The notes beneath the pieces are model-generated. The model was not told the origin of the DNA. It did no database searches and was given only the letters and a program-made list of their open reading frames with translations. This document shows, one piece after another, positions 37,130-46,208 of a DNA stretch of 61,517 nucleotides. Source of the DNA: Candidatus Omnitrophota bacterium (GTDB taxonomy: Bacteria; Omnitrophota; Gorgyraeia; Zapsychrales; JANLHA01); assembly GCA_040753435.1 (NCBI GenBank), contig JBFMEN010000047.1:1-61517 (forward strand), in the 5' to 3' direction. Both the position numbers and the translations under genes were made by a program. Each line of letters opens with the position of its first letter. The stretch's first letter is position 1.

Positions 37130-38200
37130 TTAAAAATGAAATGGTGGTTCCACTTTTGAACCACGGCTGAGGACTTTACAACCTGTTTCTGTAACCAAAA
37201 CCATGTCTTCAATACGTATTCCAAACTGTTGGGGCAAATAGACACCAGGTTCAACCGTCACTACCATTCCCTTTTGCAAAACCTCATTACTTTTTAAGGA
37301 CAATCGTGGGCATTCATGAATATCCAATCCAACTCCATGGCCGGTTGAATGAGTGAAAAATCGATCTAACTTTTTTACCTTCAATGATTTTCGGGCCGCC
37401 AGATCAATCTCTGCAACAGGGACATTCGCTCTAATATGGGCAATGGCTTCTTCCTGGGCCGCCGCCACCACTTTATAAATATCGGTTACAAGTTTGGCTA
37501 TTTTATCGGAAAGAAAAATGCGTGTCAAGTCAGACTTATATCCATCTATTTCTATTCCTATATCTACTAGTACTATATCATTATCTTTTATTTTACGATT
37601 AGTTATTACAGCATGAGGATATGCCGAATTGGGGCCGGAAGCAATGATCGGATCAAAGGAAAAAGCTGCACCTCTTGCTTTTATAAAATTTTCCGCCTTA
37701 TACAATAGCTCTCTCTCTGTCATGCCCGGCTTTAATAATTGCTGAAGATAAGCGAACAGCTCGCGGTTTACCTCCAGGCATTTGAGTATAATACTGATCT
37801 CCTCATTGTCTTTTATGGCCCTGGAACGTTCAACCAGACCATTCAAAGCAATCAACTTCATCTGTTTGGAACAAGCCTTTCTTAATTCTTTAAAAAGGCT
37901 TACGGGCACATGCCGTTCATCAAACCCAAGGCGGAGAAGCCCTTTATGGTCCACAATTTTAAAAACTTCATCAACCCGGCTTGTTTTAAATTCTTTCACC
38001 AAAATTCCGGCGCCTACTGAAGCCCGGATTTCATCCTTATATCGTCCATCAGTAATGATATATGGCTTTCCCCCTGCAAAAAGCAGCCAGCTGTCACTGA
38101 CAGGAAAACCGACTAAATAACGAATATCTGTTTTGTTAACGACAAGATAGGCATCATGACAAGAAAGTGATTTGGAAAATTTTTTTAGGCGTGAATTCAT
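37130..38200 (-). CDS. Xaa-Pro aminopeptidase (M24B)
   Basis: SGPNSAYPH, VDIG, SDLTR, HSTGHGVGLDIHE, TVEPG, GIRIED. Confidence 0.93.
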   Translation of the reverse strand: MNSRLKKFSKSLSCHDAYLVVNKTDIRYLVGFPVSDSWLLFAGGKPYIITDGRYKDEIRASVGAGILVKEFKTSRVDEVFKIVDHKGLLRLGFDERHVPVSLFKELRKACSKQMKLIALNGLVERSRAIKDNEEISIILKCLEVNRELFAYLQQLLKPGMTERELLYKAENFIKARGAAFSFDPIIASGPNSAYPHAVITNRKIKDNDIVLVDIGIEIDGYKSDLTRIFLSDKIAKLVTDIYKVVAAAQEEAIAHIRANVPVAEIDLAARKSLKVKKLDRFFTHSTGHGVGLDIHECPRLSLKSNEVLQKGMVVTVEPGVYLPQQFGIRIEDMVLVTETGCKVLSRGSKVEPPFHF

Positions 38201-38256
38201 GAAACTTGTGATTGGAAATCAAAAAGAATAAAAAAATCCAATTCCATCCTTCATTT

Positions 38257-38694
38257 TCATTTTATTAATCCGGTGATCGCTTTTAATCCAAGCAAATAAC
38301 TGTTCAAACCGAAACCACTGATTTGCCCAAAAGCGACAGGCGCTATTAAAGACTTATGCCGGAACTCTTCCCTGGAGTGAATATTTGAAAGATGAACTTC
38401 AACAGTCGGAATATCAACAGCGGCAACAGCATCACGAATTGCGACACTTGTATGGGTATATGCAGCAGGGTTCATCAAAATAGCCGAAATCCCTTCGCTC
38501 TTTGCCTGCCCGATTTTATCGACAATATCGCCCTCATGGTTAGATTGGAAGATTTCCAGTTCCAAATCATTCTCCTGGGCCAGCGCTTTCAGCTCACGAT
38601 TAATATCCTCGAGGGTATTTTCACCATAAACAGTTTTTTCCCGCTGCCCTAACAAATTAAGATTTGGCCCATGAATGACCAGAACTCTCTTCAT
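38257..38694 (-). CDS. aroQ: type II 3-dehydroquinate dehydratase
   Basis: [30 protein letters not shown]; GAGGAGG SD before ATG 38694. Confidence 0.97.
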   Translation of the reverse strand: MKRVLVIHGPNLNLLGQREKTVYGENTLEDINRELKALAQENDLELEIFQSNHEGDIVDKIGQAKSEGISAILMNPAAYTHTSVAIRDAVAAVDIPTVEVHLSNIHSREEFRHKSLIAPVAFGQISGFGLNSYLLGLKAITGLIK

Positions 38695-38709
38695 GTCTCC
38701 CCTCCTCAT

Positions 38710-38745
38710 TAGTCTATAGCTCATGGGCTTATAGCTAATAGTTTA
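38710..38745. repeat. degenerate tandem heptamer tract (TAGCTnA-type)
   Basis: tagtcta / tagctca / tgggctta / tagctaa / tagttta in the trm112-aroQ intergenic region. Confidence 0.55.
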
Positions 38746-38776
38746 TTGACCCCGTCCCATGCCTTTACGATCAATA

Positions 38777-38932
38777 TTATTTGTCCGCTTCATCAACCAG
38801 CAACACCGGAATACCCTCTTTAACAGGATATTTCCGTCCGCATTTCTTGCAGACCAGCCTGTCATTTTGTTCCAAAAGGTCTCCCTGACAGGCGGGACAA
38901 GCTAAAATTTTCAACAACTCATGGTTAATCAT
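38777..38932 (-). CDS. Trm112-family small zinc-ribbon protein
   Basis: LLKILACPAC...L.C..C...YPVKEGIPVLL; start ATG 38932. Confidence 0.9.
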   Translation of the reverse strand: MINHELLKILACPACQGDLLEQNDRLVCKKCGRKYPVKEGIPVLLVDEADK

Positions 38933-38954
38933 AAAACCTTTCCGGTAAAGACAA

Positions 38955-39302
38955 TTACGGCTGATTCGATATTTCAACAAATTTCATTTGCACTTCATAA
39001 AGAATGGTATTTAATAAATCTTCCTCTTCTTTCTCAAGATTGCCTTTTGTCTTCTCCCTTAAAATAACAAGCGTATCAATCAGCATTCTGGCCTGATCAA
39101 TGTTCTTTTCGACTTTTTCAGTTAAAGGATTGGGAATAATCCCCATAAATATTACCGCTTGCATGGCCAAACTCGTCACATAAGTCTTAAAATCAAATTC
39201 CGGCTGATCTGCATGCTGCTGATCATAAGCCGTCTGAACCTGCTCTTTCTCTTTGGCCGCTGATTCCTTCCAGCCCTCATCGACTTTCTTTTCCTGCTCC
39301 AT
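38955..39302 (-). CDS. DUF1844-like protein
   Basis: F...V.SL..QA...MG...NP.T......N...A...ID.L..L.EKT.GNL...E...L...LY; AGGAG SD before ATG 39302. Confidence 0.8.
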   Translation of the reverse strand: MEQEKKVDEGWKESAAKEKEQVQTAYDQQHADQPEFDFKTYVTSLAMQAVIFMGIIPNPLTEKVEKNIDQARMLIDTLVILREKTKGNLEKEEEDLLNTILYEVQMKFVEISNQP

Positions 39303-39339
39303 CTCCATCTCCTAATATAATTAAATTTATAATTAAAAT

Positions 39340-39368
39340 AGAATAGCAAACATCAAAAGCAGTGTCAA
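39340..39368 (-). promoter_or_regulatory. sigma70-type promoter upstream of the DUF1844 gene
   Basis: TTGACA (39368-39363), 17 nt, TATTCT (39345-39340). Confidence 0.5.
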
Positions 39369-39382
39369 TCAGGAGGTTAGAA

Positions 39383-40063
39383 TCATTCTTCAGTTTCAAA
39401 AGAAATAACCACATTAAATGTCAGTTCAGGATAATTCAAGTCCCTTGGAAACGGCGGGAAAGGAGCGGCTTCTTTAATACTCCGTAAACTGATCGTATGC
39501 AAGTAATTATTAGCTGTTGTTTTTTCAGGGATGATTTTGACTTGTTTTAAAGCGCCGTCAGAAGAAAGGATAAAGGTTAGATAAACTTCCCCTATTTCAA
39601 ACTGGGGGTCATCGACATAAAAATACGCCCGATTTTTTATCTTTTCCCTTATCTGCTGATGATAATTCATATAACGCGGGCCCATCATTTTTTCAGAATC
39701 AAGCATAGGAACCTGAATATGACGTTTTTCTCCCATTCCCTTGAGCCTGCGCGTTGATTTCTGAATCAAATCGAGTTTAACAAGAGGCTTTTGGGGTTCT
39801 CCAACTGGTTCAAGGGCTTTGCCTCTATCGTTTGAAGAAACCTTGGGAAGGACTATTTTTTTGTTTTCCTTAAGGCCTTTTGCGGGTTCGATCATGACAG
39901 GCTCTTCACTCTTTTTGATAAGGCTGGAATGATAAACAACCTCCATCGCTTTTTCATCAATCTCTTTCCGATAATCAATATCTGTTAACCAAAAGACGAT
40001 TAAAATAAACGTGTGGATCAAAAATGATATGATCAATGCATATTTGAAAATACGGTTTTCCAT
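39383..40063 (-). CDS. TonB/TolA C-terminal domain membrane protein
   Basis: N-terminal TM with SxxxH (SFLIH), charged linker, C-terminal AAPFPPFP TonB_C-like domain. Confidence 0.72.
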   Translation of the reverse strand: MENRIFKYALIISFLIHTFILIVFWLTDIDYRKEIDEKAMEVVYHSSLIKKSEEPVMIEPAKGLKENKKIVLPKVSSNDRGKALEPVGEPQKPLVKLDLIQKSTRRLKGMGEKRHIQVPMLDSEKMMGPRYMNYHQQIREKIKNRAYFYVDDPQFEIGEVYLTFILSSDGALKQVKIIPEKTTANNYLHTISLRSIKEAAPFPPFPRDLNYPELTFNVVISFETEE

Positions 40064-40078
40064 GAACAAACAATTAGA

Positions 40079-40744
40079 TCAACGATAAATGATGGCTTTT
40101 AAAAAAAACTTAAAAAATCTGATGGTATCCTTAACCGGATCAATATTGCTTTTTTCTATCGAATAGATTGTGCGGACAGGAACAGAATAGACCGGATATT
40201 TCAAGTAGCTGGCTTTAATCAACACCTCAGTTTCAATTTCATATCCTGACGATTCCAGTTTAATTCTTCTTAAAATATCAGCGCTGATATATCGAAAACC
40301 GCATTGCGTGTCGGGAATTCTCTGTTTACAAACAACCGAAATCATCCATGACATCACCCTGTTTGTCACCCGTCTTAGTAAAGGCATGTCCTGAACCTGA
40401 GTCATTCTGGTACCGTTGACAATGGAACAGGGGTCGGCTTCAGCAGCCTTTATGATTTTATCAATATCTTTCGCATCATGCTGACCGTCGCCGTCCATGG
40501 TGATTACGCCTTCATAATTTTTCTCGATCGCATAAACAAATCCTCGTCGAAGAGCAGCGCCTTTGCCGCTCCTGACATCATTACTTAAGACCACCGCCCC
40601 TCTCCCGCGCGCATTTTCTCCCGATCCGTCCGTCGATCCGTCATCAATCACAACGACATCAAGGCCCTTCCCAAGAACACTTTCGACGACCATCCCGATC
40701 GTTTCGATTTCATTATAAATTGGAACAAGTACACAGCATTTCAT
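40079..40744 (-). CDS. family 2 glycosyltransferase (DPM-synthase-like)
   Basis: VPIYNE, IDDGSTD, GKGAAL, MDGDGQH, DTQCGFR; start ATG 40744 overlapping the upstream stop (ATGA). Confidence 0.9.
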   Translation of the reverse strand: MKCCVLVPIYNEIETIGMVVESVLGKGLDVVVIDDGSTDGSGENARGRGAVVLSNDVRSGKGAALRRGFVYAIEKNYEGVITMDGDGQHDAKDIDKIIKAAEADPCSIVNGTRMTQVQDMPLLRRVTNRVMSWMISVVCKQRIPDTQCGFRYISADILRRIKLESSGYEIETEVLIKASYLKYPVYSVPVRTIYSIEKSNIDPVKDTIRFFKFFLKAIIYR

Positions 40745-41634
40745 GTGCTGGTAATCCTTTCCGGTCCGCACTCCTCGTCGATCCAGAATTTCCGAAAGAC
40801 CAGCCATTGTGATGGATTTCTCTTGATTGCTTTTTCCAAGGCCGTCACCTGTTGTTTTGCAAAATGATGATTAAATTCCCGTTCGTCCATTTTCTGGGGG
40901 TCATCGGGAAGGTCCAAAGGTTCGGAAATAGAAATACGAAAGGTCCCATCCGGGTTTCTGGTTAAAAACATTGGAAGAACCGTCGCTCCGGTTCGATAAG
41001 CAAACATTGCCGGCCCTCTCGGGATCATCGTCCTTCTGTTAAAAAAATCCATAGGAATTCCAGTTGCGCTAAAATCCCTGTCTGCCAAAAGAGCAATGAT
41101 GCCGTTTTGCTTCAATGTCCGGATACAACGACGTATGGCAGAATGAACGGGAACCACGGTAACGCCGGCGCTTTCCCGTTGATGGTTGAACAGCTCGTTA
41201 ACCGACCGTTCCCGATGAGGCAAGGCTATTGCGGTCAAAGGAAAACCAAACCTGGAAAGAGCCAATCCTCCCAACTCCCAATTTCCAATATGGGCGGTCA
41301 TAATAATAACGCCCCTTCCTTTTTTAAGGCCTTCTTCCAGAAGCTCGCGATTTTCTAAAACAACATTCTGCTTCACAAACGCTTCAGTAAACTTCTCCAT
41401 CCTGAAAAACTCTGTCAGATATTTTCCAAAGTTCTGAAAAACCTCTCTTGCGATCTGATGCGCTTTTTCATGATCATTTAAAATAACAAAAAGATTGTCA
41501 TGAACGGCCTTGCGATCCCGGGGAGAAACAAAATATTTGATATCGGATAAAAAAACGGCGATACAATACGCGACTGAAATGGGAAGAGCACTGGCAATAG
41601 TTTGAGCTATTTTATAAAGATAGTATTTCAGCAT
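40741..41634 (-). CDS. LpxL/PatA-family lipid acyltransferase
   Basis: AHIGNWE, LLADR, FF...T..P.GPA, P.QW. Confidence 0.85.
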   Translation of the reverse strand: MLKYYLYKIAQTIASALPISVAYCIAVFLSDIKYFVSPRDRKAVHDNLFVILNDHEKAHQIAREVFQNFGKYLTEFFRMEKFTEAFVKQNVVLENRELLEEGLKKGRGVIIMTAHIGNWELGGLALSRFGFPLTAIALPHRERSVNELFNHQRESAGVTVVPVHSAIRRCIRTLKQNGIIALLADRDFSATGIPMDFFNRRTMIPRGPAMFAYRTGATVLPMFLTRNPDGTFRISISEPLDLPDDPQKMDEREFNHHFAKQQVTALEKAIKRNPSQWLVFRKFWIDEECGPERITST

Positions 41635-41674
41635 ATCTTTCTATTTATAACAGATAACTCTTCCACTCCCCAAC

Positions 41675-42841
41675 CTATTCCTTCGTCTCTGTTTCATTCA
41701 ATATAAGCTGGGCAATATCCAATGCCGCATGCGGTTTTGCCTCTGCGTAAGCGGCTTTACTCATATCAATAATTTTTTCTGGAGATTTGAGAAGCAGTTC
41801 AACCTCTTCGCCGATATCGTTGGTCTTGTCAATGCGGATCGCGATCCCCTTTTGTAACAAGAAGTCCGTATTACGCATTTCCTGACCAGGAAGCGGATTA
41901 ACAATCACCATTGGCAGACCCTTGCACAGACATTCGGCCGTCGTCATTCCGCCGGGTTTCGTGATAATCAATGTCGCGGCTTCCATCAATTCATCAACGT
42001 TATTTGAATACTCATAAAAGATTAATTTTTTATTCTTCGTTTGCTTCTTCGGACGCTTCTTGGTCTGCTGTTTCTCAAGCCACTTCATTAATTTTTTATT
42101 AACTCCCGTCAAAACCACTAATTGCAAGGGCATTTCGATTGTCATCAATGATTTAACAACGCCCCGGATTGGGCCAAGCCCTTGCCCACCCCCCATTACA
42201 AGAACAGTGGGAATGCTTAAATCGATCCCCAGCTTGTCTGCAATAGGTTGCTTGCCAAGTTGCGCCGCAAACTTGGACCGGACAGGAATTCCATAAACCT
42301 TGATCGAATCTTCCGAAACGCTTTTTGTGATAAAACGTTCCTTTGCCTCCGTACTCGGCACGATATAATAGTCCACTCCTTCATTAATCCAATAAGAATG
42401 CGGGGCATAATCAGTAAGCACGCCGATGACCTTAAACTTTGCCCCGTGCTCTTTTTTATAATCGGCGACCATGCCGCAAGGAAAAGCTTGAGTGCAGACA
42501 ACAGCATCGGGATGATATTTTTCGATCAATTTGCCCATCTTGGCATGACTGGTTTTATGAAGAAAATCTTTGATCCTTTTAGATTTCTTGACGATGTTTG
42601 GATTGTCATATAAATAATCCCACACCTTGGGAGTGGTTTTAATCACGCTCATGTAGGCGCTGTTAACGACCTTTTCCAGACGGGGATAGGTATATCCGAA
42701 GCCGTTGATGGTGGGAGCATCAATCGTTGGATCAATCTCTTTAAGAGCGTGCTGAATTGCCATGGTCGCCTGGCGATGCCCCGAGACCCTGGTAATATAC
42801 ATCAACAATATACGTCGTTTCTTTCTAGCGGTTGTTATCAT
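41675..42841 (-). CDS. UgtP/MGDG-synthase-like glycosyltransferase (GT28)
   Basis: SGH, CTQAFP, TDY, GIPV, MGGGQGLG, ITKPGG, PGQE..N; start moved to ATG 42841. Confidence 0.85.
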   Translation of the reverse strand: MITTARKKRRILLMYITRVSGHRQATMAIQHALKEIDPTIDAPTINGFGYTYPRLEKVVNSAYMSVIKTTPKVWDYLYDNPNIVKKSKRIKDFLHKTSHAKMGKLIEKYHPDAVVCTQAFPCGMVADYKKEHGAKFKVIGVLTDYAPHSYWINEGVDYYIVPSTEAKERFITKSVSEDSIKVYGIPVRSKFAAQLGKQPIADKLGIDLSIPTVLVMGGGQGLGPIRGVVKSLMTIEMPLQLVVLTGVNKKLMKWLEKQQTKKRPKKQTKNKKLIFYEYSNNVDELMEAATLIITKPGGMTTAECLCKGLPMVIVNPLPGQEMRNTDFLLQKGIAIRIDKTNDIGEEVELLLKSPEKIIDMSKAAYAEAKPHAALDIAQLILNETETKE

Positions 42842-43094
42842 TTTTTTCACGATCCTCCAGCTTAGAGATTTCAATACGTGCCAATATACTGCCAACGGCA
42901 GCATCTTCGCCCGTTTTTACATAAATTTCCTTAACAATCCCTTCTGCTCCTGCCGGAATATTGAATATCGCCTTATCAGTAGCCACCTCGACAAGATCAT
43001 CATCCTTCTTAACAAAGTCACCAATAGAGCAGTGCCAAAAAGCGATTGTTGCTTTTCCAATCCCCCCGCCTAATTGAGGCAATACAACATTCAT
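42825..43094 (-). CDS. stand-alone E2-type lipoyl domain protein
   Basis: LPQLG...W....GD.V...D.L.EV.TDKA...I.A...G.V lipoyl pattern; no catalytic domain. Confidence 0.85.
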   Translation of the reverse strand: MNVVLPQLGGGIGKATIAFWHCSIGDFVKKDDDLVEVATDKAIFNIPAGAEGIVKEIYVKTGEDAAVGSILARIEISKLEDREKNDNNR

Positions 43095-43720
43095 GAATCT
43101 TCTCCAAATCGTTGTTGAAAAACATTGACGATTTTCTTCTTGGCATCCTCCATGCTGAAAGAATTCTTTCCTTCATGTTCGATCGAGGTCATCTCAACAT
43201 CCATTCCACAAGGATGAATCACATCGAAGAGGTTCAAATCCACAGCAATGTTAATGCTCATCCCATGAAAGGCAACCCACTTCCGAACACCAATGCCGAT
43301 AGAAATAATTTTCTTCTCGCCAATCCAAACACCCGTCTTTCCGGAAATTCTTCTCCCCACTATATCAAAAAGCCTTAAGAAATCAATTCCAACTTCTTCT
43401 AACTCATGGAGATATTGATGAAGGTCTTTACCGGAATTTTCCAAATTAAAAATGGGGTAAATGACGAGTTGCCCAGGGGCGTGCAATGTGACCTCCCCGC
43501 CCCGGTTGACAGGAACAACCGAGATGTTCCGACGGAGCAATTCCTGATCCGACAATAAAATATGCTTCCTGTCAGCCAACCTGCCTAATGTTAATACAAC
43601 AGGATGTTCACAAAGCAATAAAAAACATTTATCTCTTGCCTCTATCGCCTGATTGACACATCGCTCCTGAATCTTCCAAGCCTCATCAAACGCAACCAAT
43701 CCCAGATCCTTAATCTCCAT
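43091..43720 (-). CDS. lipB: lipoyl(octanoyl) transferase
   Basis: CEHPVVLTLG, RGGEVTLHAPGQL, GVW, KI.SIG, HG.SIN, PCG. Confidence 0.93.
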   Translation of the reverse strand: MEIKDLGLVAFDEAWKIQERCVNQAIEARDKCFLLLCEHPVVLTLGRLADRKHILLSDQELLRRNISVVPVNRGGEVTLHAPGQLVIYPIFNLENSGKDLHQYLHELEEVGIDFLRLFDIVGRRISGKTGVWIGEKKIISIGIGVRKWVAFHGMSINIAVDLNLFDVIHPCGMDVEMTSIEHEGKNSFSMEDAKKKIVNVFQQRFGEDS

Positions 43721-43811
43721 ATCCAATTACCATTACTGTTGTTTCTCGCGGACAAATAATAACATTACGGTCAAGAAAGCAACTTTTATAGCCCATAAAA
43801 ACTAAAGCCGT

Positions 43812-44879
43812 CTATTTGTATTTACCAATATTAAGCAACTGTTTAAATTCTTCGATGTTCTTAACGTAAGGAATCGCGTCCTCATAGGAAATGATCCCCT
43901 CGCGAAAAAGAAGCTGCAGGGATTTATCCATGCTATGCATGCCATAAGCGCTTCCTGTTTGAATCGCAGTAGGAAGTTGCTCTATCGCCTGTTCGCGAAT
44001 AAGATTTCTCACTGCAGGAGTAGCAATCATAACCTCTGTCGCCAGGACACGCCCCGCCCCGTCGGCACGGGAAAGGAGATTTTGAGAAATGACTCCCTGC
44101 AAAGCGGAAGCCAGTTGGAGCTTGACTTGCGTTTGTTGATGAGAAGGGAAAACATCTATGATCCTCTGGATTGTTTGAGGAGCATCCGGCGTATGGAGGG
44201 TCGCGAGCACCAAATGACCTGTTTCCGCGGCTGTCAGCGCCGTTGCAATTGTTTCGAGATCCCTCATCTCACCCACGACGATAATATCCGGATCCTGTCG
44301 CAAAGAACGCTTTAATGCCTCGGCAAATGAATTAGTATCGGCAAAGACCTCCCTCTGCTTAATAATGCTCTTTTTATTAAAATGCATATATTCAATAGGA
44401 TCCTCTATCATGATAATCAGATTCTCGCGTTCTTCATTGATAAGGTTAATTATGGCTGCCAGGGTTGTGGTTTTCCCGGTTCCTGTCGGGCCTGTCACGA
44501 GGACAAGACCATTTTTCTTGCGAGCCAAATCGGCCATAACGGGAGGGAGTCCCAGTTCTTCCATGGTTGGAATAAATAAAGGAATACGCCGAAAGGCAGC
44601 TTCTACAGAGCCGCGCTGAATATGGACATTTACGCGATATCGGTCCATCCCCGATAACGCCAAAGAAAAATCGAGTTCTTTTTCAACTTCGATTTTCTCT
44701 TTCTGACGATCGGAAAGAATTCCATAAATCAACCTCTTAAGAGCATCCTTGGTCATAGGTTCGAAATCAGTAGGAACGAGTTTTCCGTCAATGCGCAGGA
44801 TCGGCGGGGAGTCGTAAGTCAAATGAATATCAGAGGCCCTTTTATCGTTGGCCATAATCAAAAGGTCACGAAGTTCCAT
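43812..44879 (-). CDS. pilT: type IV pilus retraction ATPase
   Basis: ASDIHL, GPTGTGKTTT, EDPIE, LRQDPD, AETGH, TLHT, AVRNLIRE. Confidence 0.94.
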   Translation of the reverse strand: MELRDLLIMANDKRASDIHLTYDSPPILRIDGKLVPTDFEPMTKDALKRLIYGILSDRQKEKIEVEKELDFSLALSGMDRYRVNVHIQRGSVEAAFRRIPLFIPTMEELGLPPVMADLARKKNGLVLVTGPTGTGKTTTLAAIINLINEERENLIIMIEDPIEYMHFNKKSIIKQREVFADTNSFAEALKRSLRQDPDIIVVGEMRDLETIATALTAAETGHLVLATLHTPDAPQTIQRIIDVFPSHQQTQVKLQLASALQGVISQNLLSRADGAGRVLATEVMIATPAVRNLIREQAIEQLPTAIQTGSAYGMHSMDKSLQLLFREGIISYEDAIPYVKNIEEFKQLLNIGKYK

Positions 44880-44969
44880 ATAGCGGTTCTCCTTTGACTA
44901 ATAATAAATATTTTAAATCAGTCTATCACGACTGACGCTGATTGTCTAAACTTCTCTGATGAAATATGT

Positions 44970-46127
44970 CTATCGCCGGGAGATCCAGGAGCTGATGCGC
45001 TTGATGCCCTCCCGGATGCGTTCTTTTGATGTTGCAAAACTTAACCTGACATATCCCGGAGCCCCGAATCCATCGCCGGGAATCAAAGCAACGTTGACAT
45101 CGTTAAGGATCGCTTGAGCGGTTTTATTTGAATCGCCAAGAAAAGACAAGTCACAAAACATATAAAAAGCGCCTTGTGGCCTGACATAGGAAATGTGGAT
45201 ATCATCGAGAAGGGTCATCATCAAATCCCGTCGCGACTTGAATTCATCGCGCATTAACATAATTTCATCCTCGGGAGATTGAAGAGCTTTCAAGGCGGCG
45301 GCCTGACTTATGGAGGAAGGGTTCGATGTTGTGTGGTCCTGAAAATTTTTCAGATAATCCATAGCAAGTTTGGGCCCTCCTGCATATCCAATCCTCCAGC
45401 CTGTCATGGCATATGCCTTGGAGACCCCGTTTACTGTAATCGTTCTGTCATAAATTTCTTTATTTAATGAGGCAATCGAAATATATTCGGAAACATCATA
45501 AATTAATTTCTCATAGATCTCATCACTTATCACCATAATATCTTTGGCGACACAGATCTCTGCAATCTTCTCAAGTTCATTTTTCCCGTAAACAGAGCCG
45601 GTAGGATTTGAAGGGGAGTTAAGAATAAGGATTCGTGTCTTGTCCGTAATAGCCTTTTCCAATTGATCAGGGGTGATTTTAAAATCTCTGTCCGCAGTGG
45701 TTTGAATATATTTCGGGGTGGCTCCGGCGAGTTTGACCATTTCCGGATAACTGACCCAAAAAGGGGAAGGAATCAGCACCTCATCTCCCTCATCGGCCAG
45801 GACTTGAATGGCGCAATATAAAGAATGTTTGGCGCCACAAGAAACAGCAAGTTGGTTCACATCATAATCAATATTATTATCTCTCTTAAACTTCAAAGCA
45901 ATTTGTTTTCTAAGATCAACAGTTCCTACACTTGGCGTGTATCGTGTTTGTCCATTTCTGATTGCCTCAATACCTGCTTCCTGAATATAAACAGGGGTAT
46001 TAAAATCAGGTTCACCCGCCGCAAAATTTACAATATCGGCTCCCTGGGCCTTCAATTCTTTAGCCCTTGCGGTAATTGCCAAAGTTGATGATGGAGACAA
46101 CATTTTAATGCGCTGGTTGATCTTCAA
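44970..46127 (-). CDS. PLP-dependent aminotransferase class I/II (AspC-like)
   Basis: AGEPDF, NSPSNPTG, SDEIY, SKAYAMTGWRIG, RLSFA; SD spacing favours TTG 46127 over GTG 46133. Confidence 0.92.
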   Translation of the reverse strand: MKINQRIKMLSPSSTLAITARAKELKAQGADIVNFAAGEPDFNTPVYIQEAGIEAIRNGQTRYTPSVGTVDLRKQIALKFKRDNNIDYDVNQLAVSCGAKHSLYCAIQVLADEGDEVLIPSPFWVSYPEMVKLAGATPKYIQTTADRDFKITPDQLEKAITDKTRILILNSPSNPTGSVYGKNELEKIAEICVAKDIMVISDEIYEKLIYDVSEYISIASLNKEIYDRTITVNGVSKAYAMTGWRIGYAGGPKLAMDYLKNFQDHTTSNPSSISQAAALKALQSPEDEIMLMRDEFKSRRDLMMTLLDDIHISYVRPQGAFYMFCDLSFLGDSNKTAQAILNDVNVALIPGDGFGAPGYVRLSFATSKERIREGIKRISSWISRR

Positions 46128-46160
46128 TCTCACATCTCCTTTTAATTCTTTTTATCACCA

Positions 46161-46195
46161 ATAAAGAAAAGGCCTGTCCTTAAGGACAGGCCTTT
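46161..46195 (-). terminator. intrinsic terminator of the ribosomal protein superoperon
   Basis: perfect palindrome aaaggcctgtcc-ttaa-ggacaggccttt followed by T-rich tract on the minus strand. Confidence 0.88.
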
Positions 46196-46208
46196 AATTA
46201 ACTCATTT

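Noticed and set aside
43784-43800. TTTTAT-agccc-ATAAAA dyad between pilT and lipB
   Set aside because: It is an all-AT 6-bp stem, too weak to call.
44916-44943. TCAGTC/GACTGA hairpin between aspC and pilT as a terminator
   Set aside because: The stem is only 6 bp with a poor U tract; it is not distinguishable from chance.
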